64,000 nt of DNA from Methanobacteriota archaeon. Its GTDB lineage: Archaea > Thermoplasmatota > Thermoplasmata > SG8-5 > DAIRED01. The DNA lies in contig JAZDNO010000006.1 in NCBI GenBank assembly GCA_043799545.1, positions 96,001-160,000 of the forward strand, given 5' to 3'. Positions 1 to 8,926 of this stretch are shown here, one piece after another. Every line of letters begins with the position of its first letter. The stretch's first letter is position 1. Under the pieces are notes generated by a model, which saw only the letters and a program-made list of their open reading frames with translations, ran no database searches and had not been told where the DNA came from. Both the position numbers and the translations under genes were made by a program.

Positions 1-1602
1 GGCATCCTCGATGCGCTCTATTTCCTCAGGCTCGCCAGCCGGCAAATCCGGCTCAAGCTCGGGCTCTTCCGTCTCCCTGAGGTCGGAGCCGCATCCCATG
101 CAGAAGTTATCGCGCTCCCCGACATCGCCCCCGCACTCCGAGCATGTGAACAGGACAGTATCTTCACTCTCGGACTCGCCTGAACCCGGGGCGATGCCCG
201 CGGGCGGCACCTCCGAAACTGACGGGACTGGCTCGGTCATTGAGACCGCTTCGAAAGGTGCAGGCTCGGGAACTGGTAACGGTGCCTGTACTGGAACCTC
301 GACGGGTTTAACGGGGACAGAGCGCTCGGCCTGCTGCTGGCGCTCCTTCGCTTCTCGCTGCTGCCGCAGCCTCTCCTCCTGCTCTTGGCGCAGGGCTCTC
401 TCGGTCTTTTCCCGGAGCTCGATGGCGACATCCCAGCCGGGCTTCATGTCAAGAGCCAGCTCAAGCGAGTCGAGCGCAGCCTTGTACACGCCTGCGGCAA
501 CCAGGGCGCTCGCCTTCTGAGCATGCATCTCAGGCGTTTTGAACTTCTCGAGCACGCGGTCGTACGACTTCACGGCCTCCAGATGTCTGCCAAGGTCCTG
601 GAGGAGCAGCCCGCGGTTCAGCCACGTGTCCAGGTTGTCGCCGCGCAGCTCGAGGGCCTTGTTGAAACTCGCCAGCGCCTCGTCGCTCCTGCCGAGGTGC
701 TTGAGGGCGACGCCCCGGTTCGAGAGCGCGCGCTCGTTCTTCGGGTTTGACCGCAAAGCCTGGTCGAAGCAAAGCACGGCCTCCTCGTCCTTCCCCAGCT
801 CGAGGAGAGTGGCCCCCTTGTTGTTCAACGCTTTTTCGTACGTCTTGTTCAGCTCCAGCGCCTTATCGTAGCAGGCGAGCTCGTCGTCGTGCTTGCCCTT
901 CGAGTACAAAACGGCCCCGAGGTTGAACCAGCCCTCGTCCGAACCCGGGTTCCTGCGCAGCGCCTCCTCGTACGCTTCGACGGCCTTGTCGTTCTGCCCG
1001 AGCGCCGCCTGGCAGTTGCCGAGCATCGCGTGCGGGACGTCGTAGTCCGGCTTCAGCGCCGCCGCCTTGTCGAAGTACTCGATGGCCTTGCGGTAGTTGC
1101 CAGCCTCGTAGAAATCGTAGCCCCATTTCATTATCGAGTCCAGCTGCCCCATGCTCGGCAGCTGCCTGTTCCCGTCCTTCTCGAGGAACGATTCCGTGGA
1201 GCGCCTGTCGAGCTCTTCTGTGAGCCCGAACTTGTCCAGCAGCTGGCCGAACCTCTCGGTGTCTGCGACCGCGACGTCGAACTGGGCGGCGTAGTTTTCC
1301 GCGTCCTTTGAAACGTCCCCGGCAGTGATGTAGATGCCCCTCGGCACGCCGGCCTTGCGCATCCTCTCCACGGACTTCTGTATGTCGTGCGGCCTGGCCG
1401 AATCGAGCCCGCGGGTCGCGAAGACGAGGTACTTGTCGCCGTTTGCGATTAGGTGCGCCTCCATCTCCATCGAGTCCCCCGAGGTTCGGAAACCTTTTGT
1501 CTCCAGCCCCATCCCCTTGAGAACCCTCTCCACGAACGAGCGGAACTCCGGCTCGCTGAGCTCGCGCAGCTCCTTTGCCAGCCTGGCCGGGTCGTGCGTC
1601 AT
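1..1602 (-). CDS. TPR-repeat protein with N-terminal Mrr-like (PD-(D/E)XK fold, apparently degenerate) domain and a zinc ribbon; 3' end runs off the window
   Basis: Absent from the ORF track because no stop lies in the window. Hand translation from ATG 1602 (ATGA overlap with the upstream stop): MTHDPARLAKELRELSEPEFRSFVERVLKGMGLETK...GIYITAGDVSKDAENYAAQFDVAVAD, then multiple TPRs (AIEYFDKAAALKPD, WFNLGAVLY, LNNKGATL) and CSECGG...FCMGCG. Confidence 0.8.
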   Translation of the reverse strand, partial: MTHDPARLAKELRELSEPEFRSFVERVLKGMGLETKGFRTSGDSMEMEAHLIANGDKYLVFATRGLDSARPHDIQKSVERMRKAGVPRGIYITAGDVSKDAENYAAQFDVAVADTERFGQLLDKFGLTEELDRRSTESFLEKDGNRQLPSMGQLDSIMKWGYDFYEAGNYRKAIEYFDKAAALKPDYDVPHAMLGNCQAALGQNDKAVEAYEEALRRNPGSDEGWFNLGAVLYSKGKHDDELACYDKALELNKTYEKALNNKGATLLELGKDEEAVLCFDQALRSNPKNERALSNRGVALKHLGRSDEALASFNKALELRGDNLDTWLNRGLLLQDLGRHLEAVKSYDRVLEKFKTPEMHAQKASALVAAGVYKAALDSLELALDMKPGWDVAIELREKTERALRQEQEERLRQQREAKERQQQAERSVPVKPVEVPVQAPLPVPEPAPFEAVSMTEPVPSVSEVPPAGIAPGSGESESEDTVLFTCSECGGDVGERDNFCMGCGSDLRETEEPELEPDLPAGEPEEIERIEDA

Positions 1603-4343
1603 GCTCCGGCCTCCTCGTCCAAACGCTTGCGGGACCTCTCGCGCCATCGCTTTGCCTCTTCGAGGTTGGGGTTTATTCCGAGCGCCTTGTCATAGGAATC
1701 CAGGGCATCCCGATACCTCTCGAACTCGTGCATCGCGATGCCCCGTTTGAGCCAGATGGCACCGTCTCCGGGGGCAATCTCAATGGCCTTGTCGTACGCA
1801 GCCATCGATTTCTCCTGGTCGCCCATCTCCCGGAACGACTCGGCGACGCCCAGCCAGGCGTTGGAATTGCGGGGCTCCACCTGGGTTGCTATCTTGAATA
1901 TCCTGAGCGACTCGTTGAATCCCCCGTTCTCGAACAGAAGCCAAGACTTCTCCACTAAAGCAGAAGGGTTTTCCGGCTCGATGGAGAGGGCTTTGTCGAA
2001 GTCCGCCATTGACTTGTCGGACTGGCGCTGGTCCTTCAAAATCTGGCCCCTGAGTATCCAGCCCGGCGCGAAGTCCCCGTGCTCCTTCGTCAGGTTGTCC
2101 AATAGCTGCAATGCGGCTCCCCAACGCCCCATCGCCCTGTATGTCGAAGCCTTCCCGGCCATGGCTCTAGGGTCCGTTGGCTTTCTGGACAGCACCTCGT
2201 CGTAGGCCTTCAGCGCGTCGTTGTACTTCTGCCTCTCGGACAAGGCGGCGGCTACACGGAGCCTCGGCTCGAAATAGTCCGGGTCGAGGGCTATCGCCCT
2301 CTCGTAAAGCTGGAGCGCGCCTCCCCAGCGGCCCTTGGCTTCGAGAACGGTTCCCTTCTTGTACCACGCCTCCGAGAGGTCCTCGTCAAGCTCCAGTGCC
2401 TTGTCGAAGCACTTGTACGCCTCGTCGAACTTGCCCAGCCCTTGGAAGGAGTCCCCTATCCCTAGCCAAGCGTCGGCGTAGCGCTCGTCAAGTTCCACCG
2501 CTTCGTTGAACGCGGAAAGCGAATCCTCGTATTTTTTCAATGCCAGCAACACTTCGCCCTTCTTGTTCCACAGTACTTGGTCCTCGTGGTCCTGGGCCAG
2601 CGCGGCCTCGTAGGCCTCGAGGGCGCTGTATGACTTGCCGATGCCGGTTAAGACGTCCCCCTTCGCTTCCAGGAGGATGAGGGATGTCGGCGTAGCGGCC
2701 AGCCACTCGTCCAGCAGCGCGAGCGAATCGTCGCTCCGCCCTGTGCCGGAGAGGGCGTTGGCCTTGCCCGCGATGGCCTCCTCGTTCCCGGGGCTGATGG
2801 CCAGCACTTCCTCGAATGTGGCGAGCGCGGACTCGAACTCGTTTTCTTCCAGAAGCTTGTCTGCCTGGTCCAGAAGGCTCTCGATTCTCGGGTCCGGCGC
2901 TGCCGAGAGAACCTCGTCTATCTCGCTCTCTATTTTATCCGAGTCTGCGCCCGCAGGCGTGGCTACAGGGGATTCGGGCGAGGTTTTGTCAAGCGTAAGG
3001 GGCTCCGGCTCTTTGACTTTTGCAGCGACGGTCTCATGTACGGATGGCTCCGGTTCTTTGGATTTCGGAACAATCTCGGGGGCTGGAGCGAGCGGCTGAG
3101 GTCTTTTTCCTAGATCCAGCTCCGGCAACGGCTCCGAATCATCATCTTCTTTTTCCGGCTCTGAAAGCCCGGAGAGGATGTCTGCAAGGCTGCGCTGCCT
3201 GGCTTGCTCTGCGACCGGGGGCTTCGGTGGTTCTTCATCTTTTGGCTCGGGTTGCGGGGCCAGTTCCGCCGGGATTGGCTGCGGCGGAGAGGCCATCTTT
3301 TCGGGAGGTGCGGGCGCTGTGGATTTGTCTCGTTTGACTTCGGGAGATAACTCCTTCTTTTCCGGTTGAATTACGGTCGCCCTCTCGATGTCTCCCAGCT
3401 TGGCAAGCGTATCCGCTCGTTTCTTAGCAATCGACTGGTCCGCAGGCCTCTTCTCGAGAGCCGCTTCGTAGCAGCGGCCGGCCTCCCTGTAACGCCCAAT
3501 GGCGAAGAGCGAATCGCCCTTGAAAACCCATCCGTCCGGAGAATCTGGCTGCACGGCCAGGGCTCTCTCGAAGCACCGCAAGGCGTCCGGGTGGTTGTTC
3601 GCCTTCGCGAGCGCGGCCCCTCGTTCGAGCCACGTTTCAGGCGTGGGCTCCTCCGTCTCGGCAAGCGCCTCCGAATACTTTGCGGCCTCGCCAGCTCTTC
3701 CCGTCTCCTGGAGCAGGTACACCTTGGCCCGCAGCGCGTCAGGCTCCCTCGGGTCTATGGCCAGGGCGGCGTCGACAAGGGCCATGGAGCCGGATATGTT
3801 CATTGCGTTCGAAGATGCGCACCACTCCTTGTCGAGCACGGAAGAGAGTGCTTCGCCCGGCCGCCTCGCCCGCCACCTCAGCCAAGCGAACTGAAGGCAA
3901 ACGCGGGCAGAGGGAGGGGAATAGCTGAGCTCGAATCCGTGCTCGAGGCGGTCAAGGGCGGCGGACATCCATGCAAGATCCGCCTGCGACATGGGTGGCA
4001 TGGGCTCTTTGGGGTCCAGCGGCACCCCGGCGAGGAGCATCGCGCCCGAAGCCGCGGAAAGGAACTCTGCGAACCTGGCCTGGCCCATCCCCGGCATGTC
4101 GTCCCTGTCCGGAGGGTCGAATCGCCCGGAATCAGATGCGATGGCTTGGCCCGAAGGCGATGGGTGCGCGAGAAAAACCATGGCGTTGCCCTCGCCCAGC
4201 CTACGGGACGCCCCCTTTCCAGAGGTCCCCCAGTCCATCGTCCAGAGTGGCGATTCTCGCGAGAGCTCGTCGCAGCAGCCGCCGCAGATGCGCACGCCCG
4301 AGGGAGCGCCCTCCCCGCATCTGAGGCACGTAGACGGGGCCAT
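1599..4343 (-). CDS. TPR-repeat protein, 914 aa, with N-terminal zinc ribbon and Pro/Glu-rich linker
   Basis: CLRCG...CGGC at the N-terminus; many TPRs (WNKKGEVLLALKKYEDSLSAFNEAVELD, WYKKGTVLEAKGRWGGALQLYERAIALDP). Confidence 0.9.
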   Translation of the reverse strand: MAPSTCLRCGEGAPSGVRICGGCCDELSRESPLWTMDWGTSGKGASRRLGEGNAMVFLAHPSPSGQAIASDSGRFDPPDRDDMPGMGQARFAEFLSAASGAMLLAGVPLDPKEPMPPMSQADLAWMSAALDRLEHGFELSYSPPSARVCLQFAWLRWRARRPGEALSSVLDKEWCASSNAMNISGSMALVDAALAIDPREPDALRAKVYLLQETGRAGEAAKYSEALAETEEPTPETWLERGAALAKANNHPDALRCFERALAVQPDSPDGWVFKGDSLFAIGRYREAGRCYEAALEKRPADQSIAKKRADTLAKLGDIERATVIQPEKKELSPEVKRDKSTAPAPPEKMASPPQPIPAELAPQPEPKDEEPPKPPVAEQARQRSLADILSGLSEPEKEDDDSEPLPELDLGKRPQPLAPAPEIVPKSKEPEPSVHETVAAKVKEPEPLTLDKTSPESPVATPAGADSDKIESEIDEVLSAAPDPRIESLLDQADKLLEENEFESALATFEEVLAISPGNEEAIAGKANALSGTGRSDDSLALLDEWLAATPTSLILLEAKGDVLTGIGKSYSALEAYEAALAQDHEDQVLWNKKGEVLLALKKYEDSLSAFNEAVELDERYADAWLGIGDSFQGLGKFDEAYKCFDKALELDEDLSEAWYKKGTVLEAKGRWGGALQLYERAIALDPDYFEPRLRVAAALSERQKYNDALKAYDEVLSRKPTDPRAMAGKASTYRAMGRWGAALQLLDNLTKEHGDFAPGWILRGQILKDQRQSDKSMADFDKALSIEPENPSALVEKSWLLFENGGFNESLRIFKIATQVEPRNSNAWLGVAESFREMGDQEKSMAAYDKAIEIAPGDGAIWLKRGIAMHEFERYRDALDSYDKALGINPNLEEAKRWRERSRKRLDEEAGA

Positions 4344-4376
4344 TGTCGCTCACTATAAATTGGTAGAATAAAAACG

Positions 4377-5312
4377 TTAGTGAAGCTCCCCTTCAACGCC
4401 GATTAGCGCGCACGCGCGGCTTTTTCGCTCGCCTGGCCGAACCGGCCCGGAGCGTCCGAACGCCAGCACCTCCAGATTCGGCGCGGAATTCCTTAGCTCC
4501 GCAGCGACGGCCTCCTCCACGTCCCCGTCGCCCGGGCCTCCCACCAGCAGATACCCGCTTTTTATGCTCTCCGGTTCAAGCTCCATCCATTCAGAGCCAA
4601 CCAGCGCCCGTGCGAGCTCGAATCCGCGGTCTCCGCCGATGGCCGTCGCCACGTCGGCCTTGAGGAAGGAGGCGCGCGAGAAGACGCTTTTCAGCGCTGG
4701 CCGGTCCCCGTCGGTTCCCGCCGCAGCCACTTCGTGAGGGACCAGGAGTGCGAGTTCGGACACGATTTCCATGGCCCTGAGGAAAGGGAGTTTTGGGGCA
4801 ATCTGGGAAATCCTGTCGTTGCGCAGGACCAGCAGCCCGTCGCACAGCCTCCTGAGCGTTTTGGCCTGCTCCAGCGCCGCCGCCCGCCTGGCGGGGGCTT
4901 CCACAGAGAACGGAAGGATGGCGATACACACAGAGATTGCGCCAGCTTCCTTAGCCACGCGGGACGCCAGGGCTGCGCAGCGCCACCCAGAATTTCCTCC
5001 CAGCCCGCACAAGGAAAAGAATACGTCGGTACCGGAAATTTCGCTAGCCAGCACCGATGCCGACCGCAGGTGAGGCACGACGGGAATCCTCGGGTCCGTG
5101 TCCGAGGCTCCGAGAAGCTCGTGCCCCGGCACCAGCATCGAATGCCCCGCAAGCTTGCCCAGACCTTTTCGGGGATTGCCATTGAGCGCGAAAGTGCCAA
5201 TGCTCAAACGCCCAGACACGAATTTTAGGGAGTTGCATCCCGCTCCCCCGCAACCCGCGATCCCGATTTTCAGCGGTTTCGCGCCATCGCCAACCCTGAA
5301 TATTTCAGTCAT
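4377..5312 (-). CDS. Divergent FtsZ/tubulin-family protein
   Basis: IGIAGCGGAGCNSL (T1 loop), CGLGGNSG where FtsZ has GGGTG, ILPFSVE, LLVLRNDRI; signature and T7 loops degenerate. Confidence 0.75.
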   Translation of the reverse strand: MTEIFRVGDGAKPLKIGIAGCGGAGCNSLKFVSGRLSIGTFALNGNPRKGLGKLAGHSMLVPGHELLGASDTDPRIPVVPHLRSASVLASEISGTDVFFSLCGLGGNSGWRCAALASRVAKEAGAISVCIAILPFSVEAPARRAAALEQAKTLRRLCDGLLVLRNDRISQIAPKLPFLRAMEIVSELALLVPHEVAAAGTDGDRPALKSVFSRASFLKADVATAIGGDRGFELARALVGSEWMELEPESIKSGYLLVGGPGDGDVEEAVAAELRNSAPNLEVLAFGRSGPVRPGERKSRACALIGVEGELH

Positions 5313-6742
5313 GGAAGCCCTCCCGCTGCCCCCTTATTTGCTTTTTCCTCTTCAGGGTTGCGCTTCTCCGTTGGATGATCCTCCGTGGCAAGTCTCCCTC
5401 CTTGCTCGTGCAATGACACGGCATTCGCCGCGTCAAAGTCGGGGACGAGGGTCTCAACGTTGCGAACCGAGGGCATCAGGTAAAATATCGGGACGGCGAG
5501 CGTCGCCGCGAGCCCGCAGAAGAATATCATGAGGGCCATGCCAGCGCCGGGCCCGGAGCCGACAAGCCCTCCGAAAGTGGAAACGAGGGAGCCGCCCTCG
5601 GCCATCGACGGCTCGAAGTAGCCGTCTGCCAGCGGACCCGCCAATATCATCGCAATGGCCATCGACGCCTGCGCTATCAGTCGCCTTGCGGCGAAGACGC
5701 GCCCCTGCTTGTTCGGCGGGACCTTGGATTGCCAAATCGCCTGGCTGGAGCCGTTGCCTATCGGGAGGAACAGCATCGTCAGGAACCCGCCCGCAGTCCA
5801 GACGACGATCCCCCTTCCCAGGCCCAGAGTCAGGGTGATGCCCAGGCCCAGGAAGAAATCGGAAACCAGCAGACCGTAGATCCTCTTTTTCGGCCCGCCC
5901 CAGACCGCCAGCACTATCCCCCCGATGACCCCGCCCGCGCTCATGGCCGCCTGGACCGTCGCGAGGACGACGCCGTCGCTGGCGGTTCGTGCCAGAACCA
6001 TCGGCGTCATCAGAATCATCACCGGCGCTGCAATCATGTTGATGACGAAGAACGACATCTGGAGAGACAGCAACGGCTTCCGTTCGCGGATGAATTTGAA
6101 ACCGTAGAGCGAGTCCTTTAAAACGCCCCTAACTCCCTTGCCGAGGTCAGCGGACTTCTCCGGCTGGGGGACCGTGACGGCAAGCAGCGTGCCGATTGCG
6201 AAGCAGAACGTCAGGATGTCGAAGACGAAGACTCCCGAGTAGCTGAACATCAATATGAACAGGACCGCGATTGGCGGGCCGAATATCCCCGAGGCGGACT
6301 CGGCGGCGGCCATCATCCCGCTCGTCCTGGCATAATGCTTCTTGTCCACGAGGGTCGACACGGCTGCCCCCCAAGCAGGCCACTGGAAAGCGGCAAAGGT
6401 CCCGATGAACGCGGCGAGGATGTAGAGATGCCATATCTGCAGGTTGCCGGTCCAATACAGCGCCAGGGTCGCCACGGTCCCCATCCCTGCAGTCAGGTCG
6501 CTCAGTATCATCGAGGTCTTGAGGTTCCAGCGGTCAACGAGCGCCCCCGCGACAGGGGTCATAATCATCATAGGGGCAAAGCTGCAGAACATCACCAGCG
6601 CGAGCGCCGTGGCCTGTCCGGTCATCTCCCACGCCCACAGGCTGAGGGCGAAGCCGGTCATGGTGCTTCCGAGCATGGAGACGAGCTGGCCGGACCAGAT
6701 GATTGTGAACGCGGCCATGCCCTTCGGGCGCCTGGGAGCCAT
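5309..6742 (-). CDS. MFS transporter (DHA3/macrolide-efflux-like)
   Basis: About 12 hydrophobic segments; WSGQLVSMLGS, GALVDRWNLK (motif A), VPPNKQGRVFA. Confidence 0.9.
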   Translation of the reverse strand: MAPRRPKGMAAFTIIWSGQLVSMLGSTMTGFALSLWAWEMTGQATALALVMFCSFAPMMIMTPVAGALVDRWNLKTSMILSDLTAGMGTVATLALYWTGNLQIWHLYILAAFIGTFAAFQWPAWGAAVSTLVDKKHYARTSGMMAAAESASGIFGPPIAVLFILMFSYSGVFVFDILTFCFAIGTLLAVTVPQPEKSADLGKGVRGVLKDSLYGFKFIRERKPLLSLQMSFFVINMIAAPVMILMTPMVLARTASDGVVLATVQAAMSAGGVIGGIVLAVWGGPKKRIYGLLVSDFFLGLGITLTLGLGRGIVVWTAGGFLTMLFLPIGNGSSQAIWQSKVPPNKQGRVFAARRLIAQASMAIAMILAGPLADGYFEPSMAEGGSLVSTFGGLVGSGPGAGMALMIFFCGLAATLAVPIFYLMPSVRNVETLVPDFDAANAVSLHEQGGRLATEDHPTEKRNPEEEKANKGAAGGLP

Positions 6743-6820
6743 GCTCCAGTCATCGGGCTATGCGCATAATAACCTTGCCTTTCCAGTTTCGGACACCTGC
6801 AATGAACTGCTATAAAACCG

Positions 6821-7783
6821 GTGGCGGATGACGGTCCGATGCCCATTGAGTTTATCGAAGCAAAGTCGCTTGTGCGCGTGAACAAGCGCAGCGGCGACGT
6901 CAACCTCAATCCCTACCAGGGCTGCTTTCACGACTGCGCCTACTGTGACGGCAAGGCCGAGAGGTACAACATGCACGAGGATTTCGCAACAAGACTCCGG
7001 GCGAAGGCGAACGCTCCAGAACTGCTTGAGAAGTTCCTGCGCGGCAAGGGATTCTCGCCGGTGAACAGGGAGAGGACTGGGACGCTGGCCGATTTCAGCG
7101 ACGAAGCCAAAAAGGCACTGAGGGGCGCCTCCCCAAGAAAGTTCACAATCAACATCTCGGGCGGCGTGTGCGACATCTACCAGCCAGCCGAAGCCGAGAT
7201 AGGCCTGTCGCGGAGGCTCATGCAGCTCGTGTACGATTACGACTTCCCGATATTCCTGCTCACGAAGAACAAGCTGGTCCTGAAGGATTTGGACCTGCTG
7301 CGCAAGATAAACGTGAGCCAGGGCGCGACAGTGGCCATGTCTGTGACGCTCGCCGACGAGAGTTTGCGGGAGAAGTTCGAGCCTGGCGCCAGCACCACCC
7401 AGGAACGGTTCGAGACGCTGCGCACGCTCCATGAATCAGGTATCAAAACCGGTATCTGGGCGCTCCCACTTCTTCCGTGGATTGGGGACACGGACGTAAA
7501 CGTAGATGCAATCATCTCGTGCGCGAAAGAATCGGGCGTCGACTGGATGATATTCAGCGGCCTCACTCTCAAGCCAGGAAGGCAAAAGGAGGCCTTCATG
7601 CGGCTCATCGCGAAGGATTTTCCGGGACTCGAGGAGAAGTACCGTCGACTCTACGCCAACGAGAGCAAGTACGGAACGCCTGACCTCGAAGCGGCGAGGG
7701 CGATGGGCCTGCCCGACCCTTGGCTCAAAGGAAAGCGGATGGCAAAGAAATACGGCATCGCCTACAAAAGCTGGCGCGATTGA
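6821..7783 (+). CDS. Radical SAM protein, spore-photoproduct-lyase-like/Rv2578c family
   Basis: NPYQGCFHDCAYCD (CxxxCxxC), DIYQPAE, LLTKN, FEPGASTTQERF. Confidence 0.85.
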   Translation: MADDGPMPIEFIEAKSLVRVNKRSGDVNLNPYQGCFHDCAYCDGKAERYNMHEDFATRLRAKANAPELLEKFLRGKGFSPVNRERTGTLADFSDEAKKALRGASPRKFTINISGGVCDIYQPAEAEIGLSRRLMQLVYDYDFPIFLLTKNKLVLKDLDLLRKINVSQGATVAMSVTLADESLREKFEPGASTTQERFETLRTLHESGIKTGIWALPLLPWIGDTDVNVDAIISCAKESGVDWMIFSGLTLKPGRQKEAFMRLIAKDFPGLEEKYRRLYANESKYGTPDLEAARAMGLPDPWLKGKRMAKKYGIAYKSWRD

Positions 7784-7862
7784 AATACTTTCACTGGAGA
7801 ATCAAGAGATTCTCAAAGCGAAACGAATGGTAACGGTATGTGCCACAGTTTCGCCCGACTCC

Positions 7863-7878
7863 CCTAAACCCTTAAGTA
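7863..7878 (+). promoter_or_regulatory. Putative TATA box for the nurA operon
   Basis: TTAAGTA at 7872-7878, 22 nt before ATG 7901; fits a leaderless archaeal transcript. Confidence 0.45.
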
Positions 7879-7900
7879 TCGCGCGTCCGATTAGTCCGCA

Positions 7901-8926
7901 ATGCGTTCTGTGAGCGGGGACGAGCTCGAGGCGGTCGCCAGGTACGTGGCCAAGGCATCCACCGAGAATTTCGAAGGGGCCGGAGGCTCGGACGCCGAGG
8001 GGGGCATCCTCCAGGTGAAAGGGCCGATACTCCCGGAGCGATTCATTCCGATAAATGGCCCCCGCCCGTGCGAGCGCTCGGCGGCTATAGACGGCGGTTC
8101 GGCGACGGTGCTGGATTGCGGCTCGTTCGTCGTCGGGGCAATCTCGGCCGGGCATGCGATTTCCGACGCTCACGGAGCCTGCCGGACCGATTCGCATATC
8201 CGGCTCATTGGCGCTTCGCATGCGGACAAGAAATCGATATACCGTGAAATTTTCTCGAAAGCCATGGGAGCCGAGCCGACGGACTACCCCAAGAGCCTGG
8301 ACTCGCTCGTCGGCCGCTTGCGCAACATCGCAGAGCTGGAGGAGGCCGCCAAGGTCGTTTCAGGGGCGCCGGAGGGCTCGCTCGTGATGATTGACGGTGC
8401 GCTCTGGGCCGGCCTCGGGGACTTCGCCCCGCTGATAGAGAAGCTGGTAAAATCCGCGAGCCAGCGGAGCGTATGCCTCGCCGGCGTGAGCAAGCGAAGC
8501 ATGCTCTACTTCGGATACCGCCCGCTCGTTCCATATCTCGCGCGGCTGGGGAAAAAAACGCTCGGCGACTCGCTCTGGGCGTATCCAGTCGCCTTGGCCG
8601 AGTACGAGGGCAGGACCTTCGGCGCGACGTACGTGGCGCATCTGCACCCGATGGCCCAGTTCGCCTTCAGGGTCGATGTGAACCCGATGCCTGGGTTTGC
8701 TGCGGACGAGACAATAGCAATGCTCGCAGGGCTTTCTGACGACCCGGGATATGTCGGTTACCCGTACCCCCTGGCTCGGGTGCACAACGAGGTCGCGATA
8801 GGCGAAGAGACGAGACGGGAACTGCAGATGGGACTGAAAAGGACATTGACGTCCTCGGGCGGCGACGCAGCGCTGATTGAGGAGTTCTCGCGCAACTTTC
8901 ATGATATTCTTGACGGAGGGATTTGA
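7901..8926 (+). CDS. nurA: NurA 5'-3' nuclease
   Basis: AAIDGGS, VMIDGAL, GYPYPLARVHNEV; first gene of the herA-mre11-rad50 cluster. Confidence 0.9.
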   Translation: MRSVSGDELEAVARYVAKASTENFEGAGGSDAEGGILQVKGPILPERFIPINGPRPCERSAAIDGGSATVLDCGSFVVGAISAGHAISDAHGACRTDSHIRLIGASHADKKSIYREIFSKAMGAEPTDYPKSLDSLVGRLRNIAELEEAAKVVSGAPEGSLVMIDGALWAGLGDFAPLIEKLVKSASQRSVCLAGVSKRSMLYFGYRPLVPYLARLGKKTLGDSLWAYPVALAEYEGRTFGATYVAHLHPMAQFAFRVDVNPMPGFAADETIAMLAGLSDDPGYVGYPYPLARVHNEVAIGEETRRELQMGLKRTLTSSGGDAALIEEFSRNFHDILDGGI

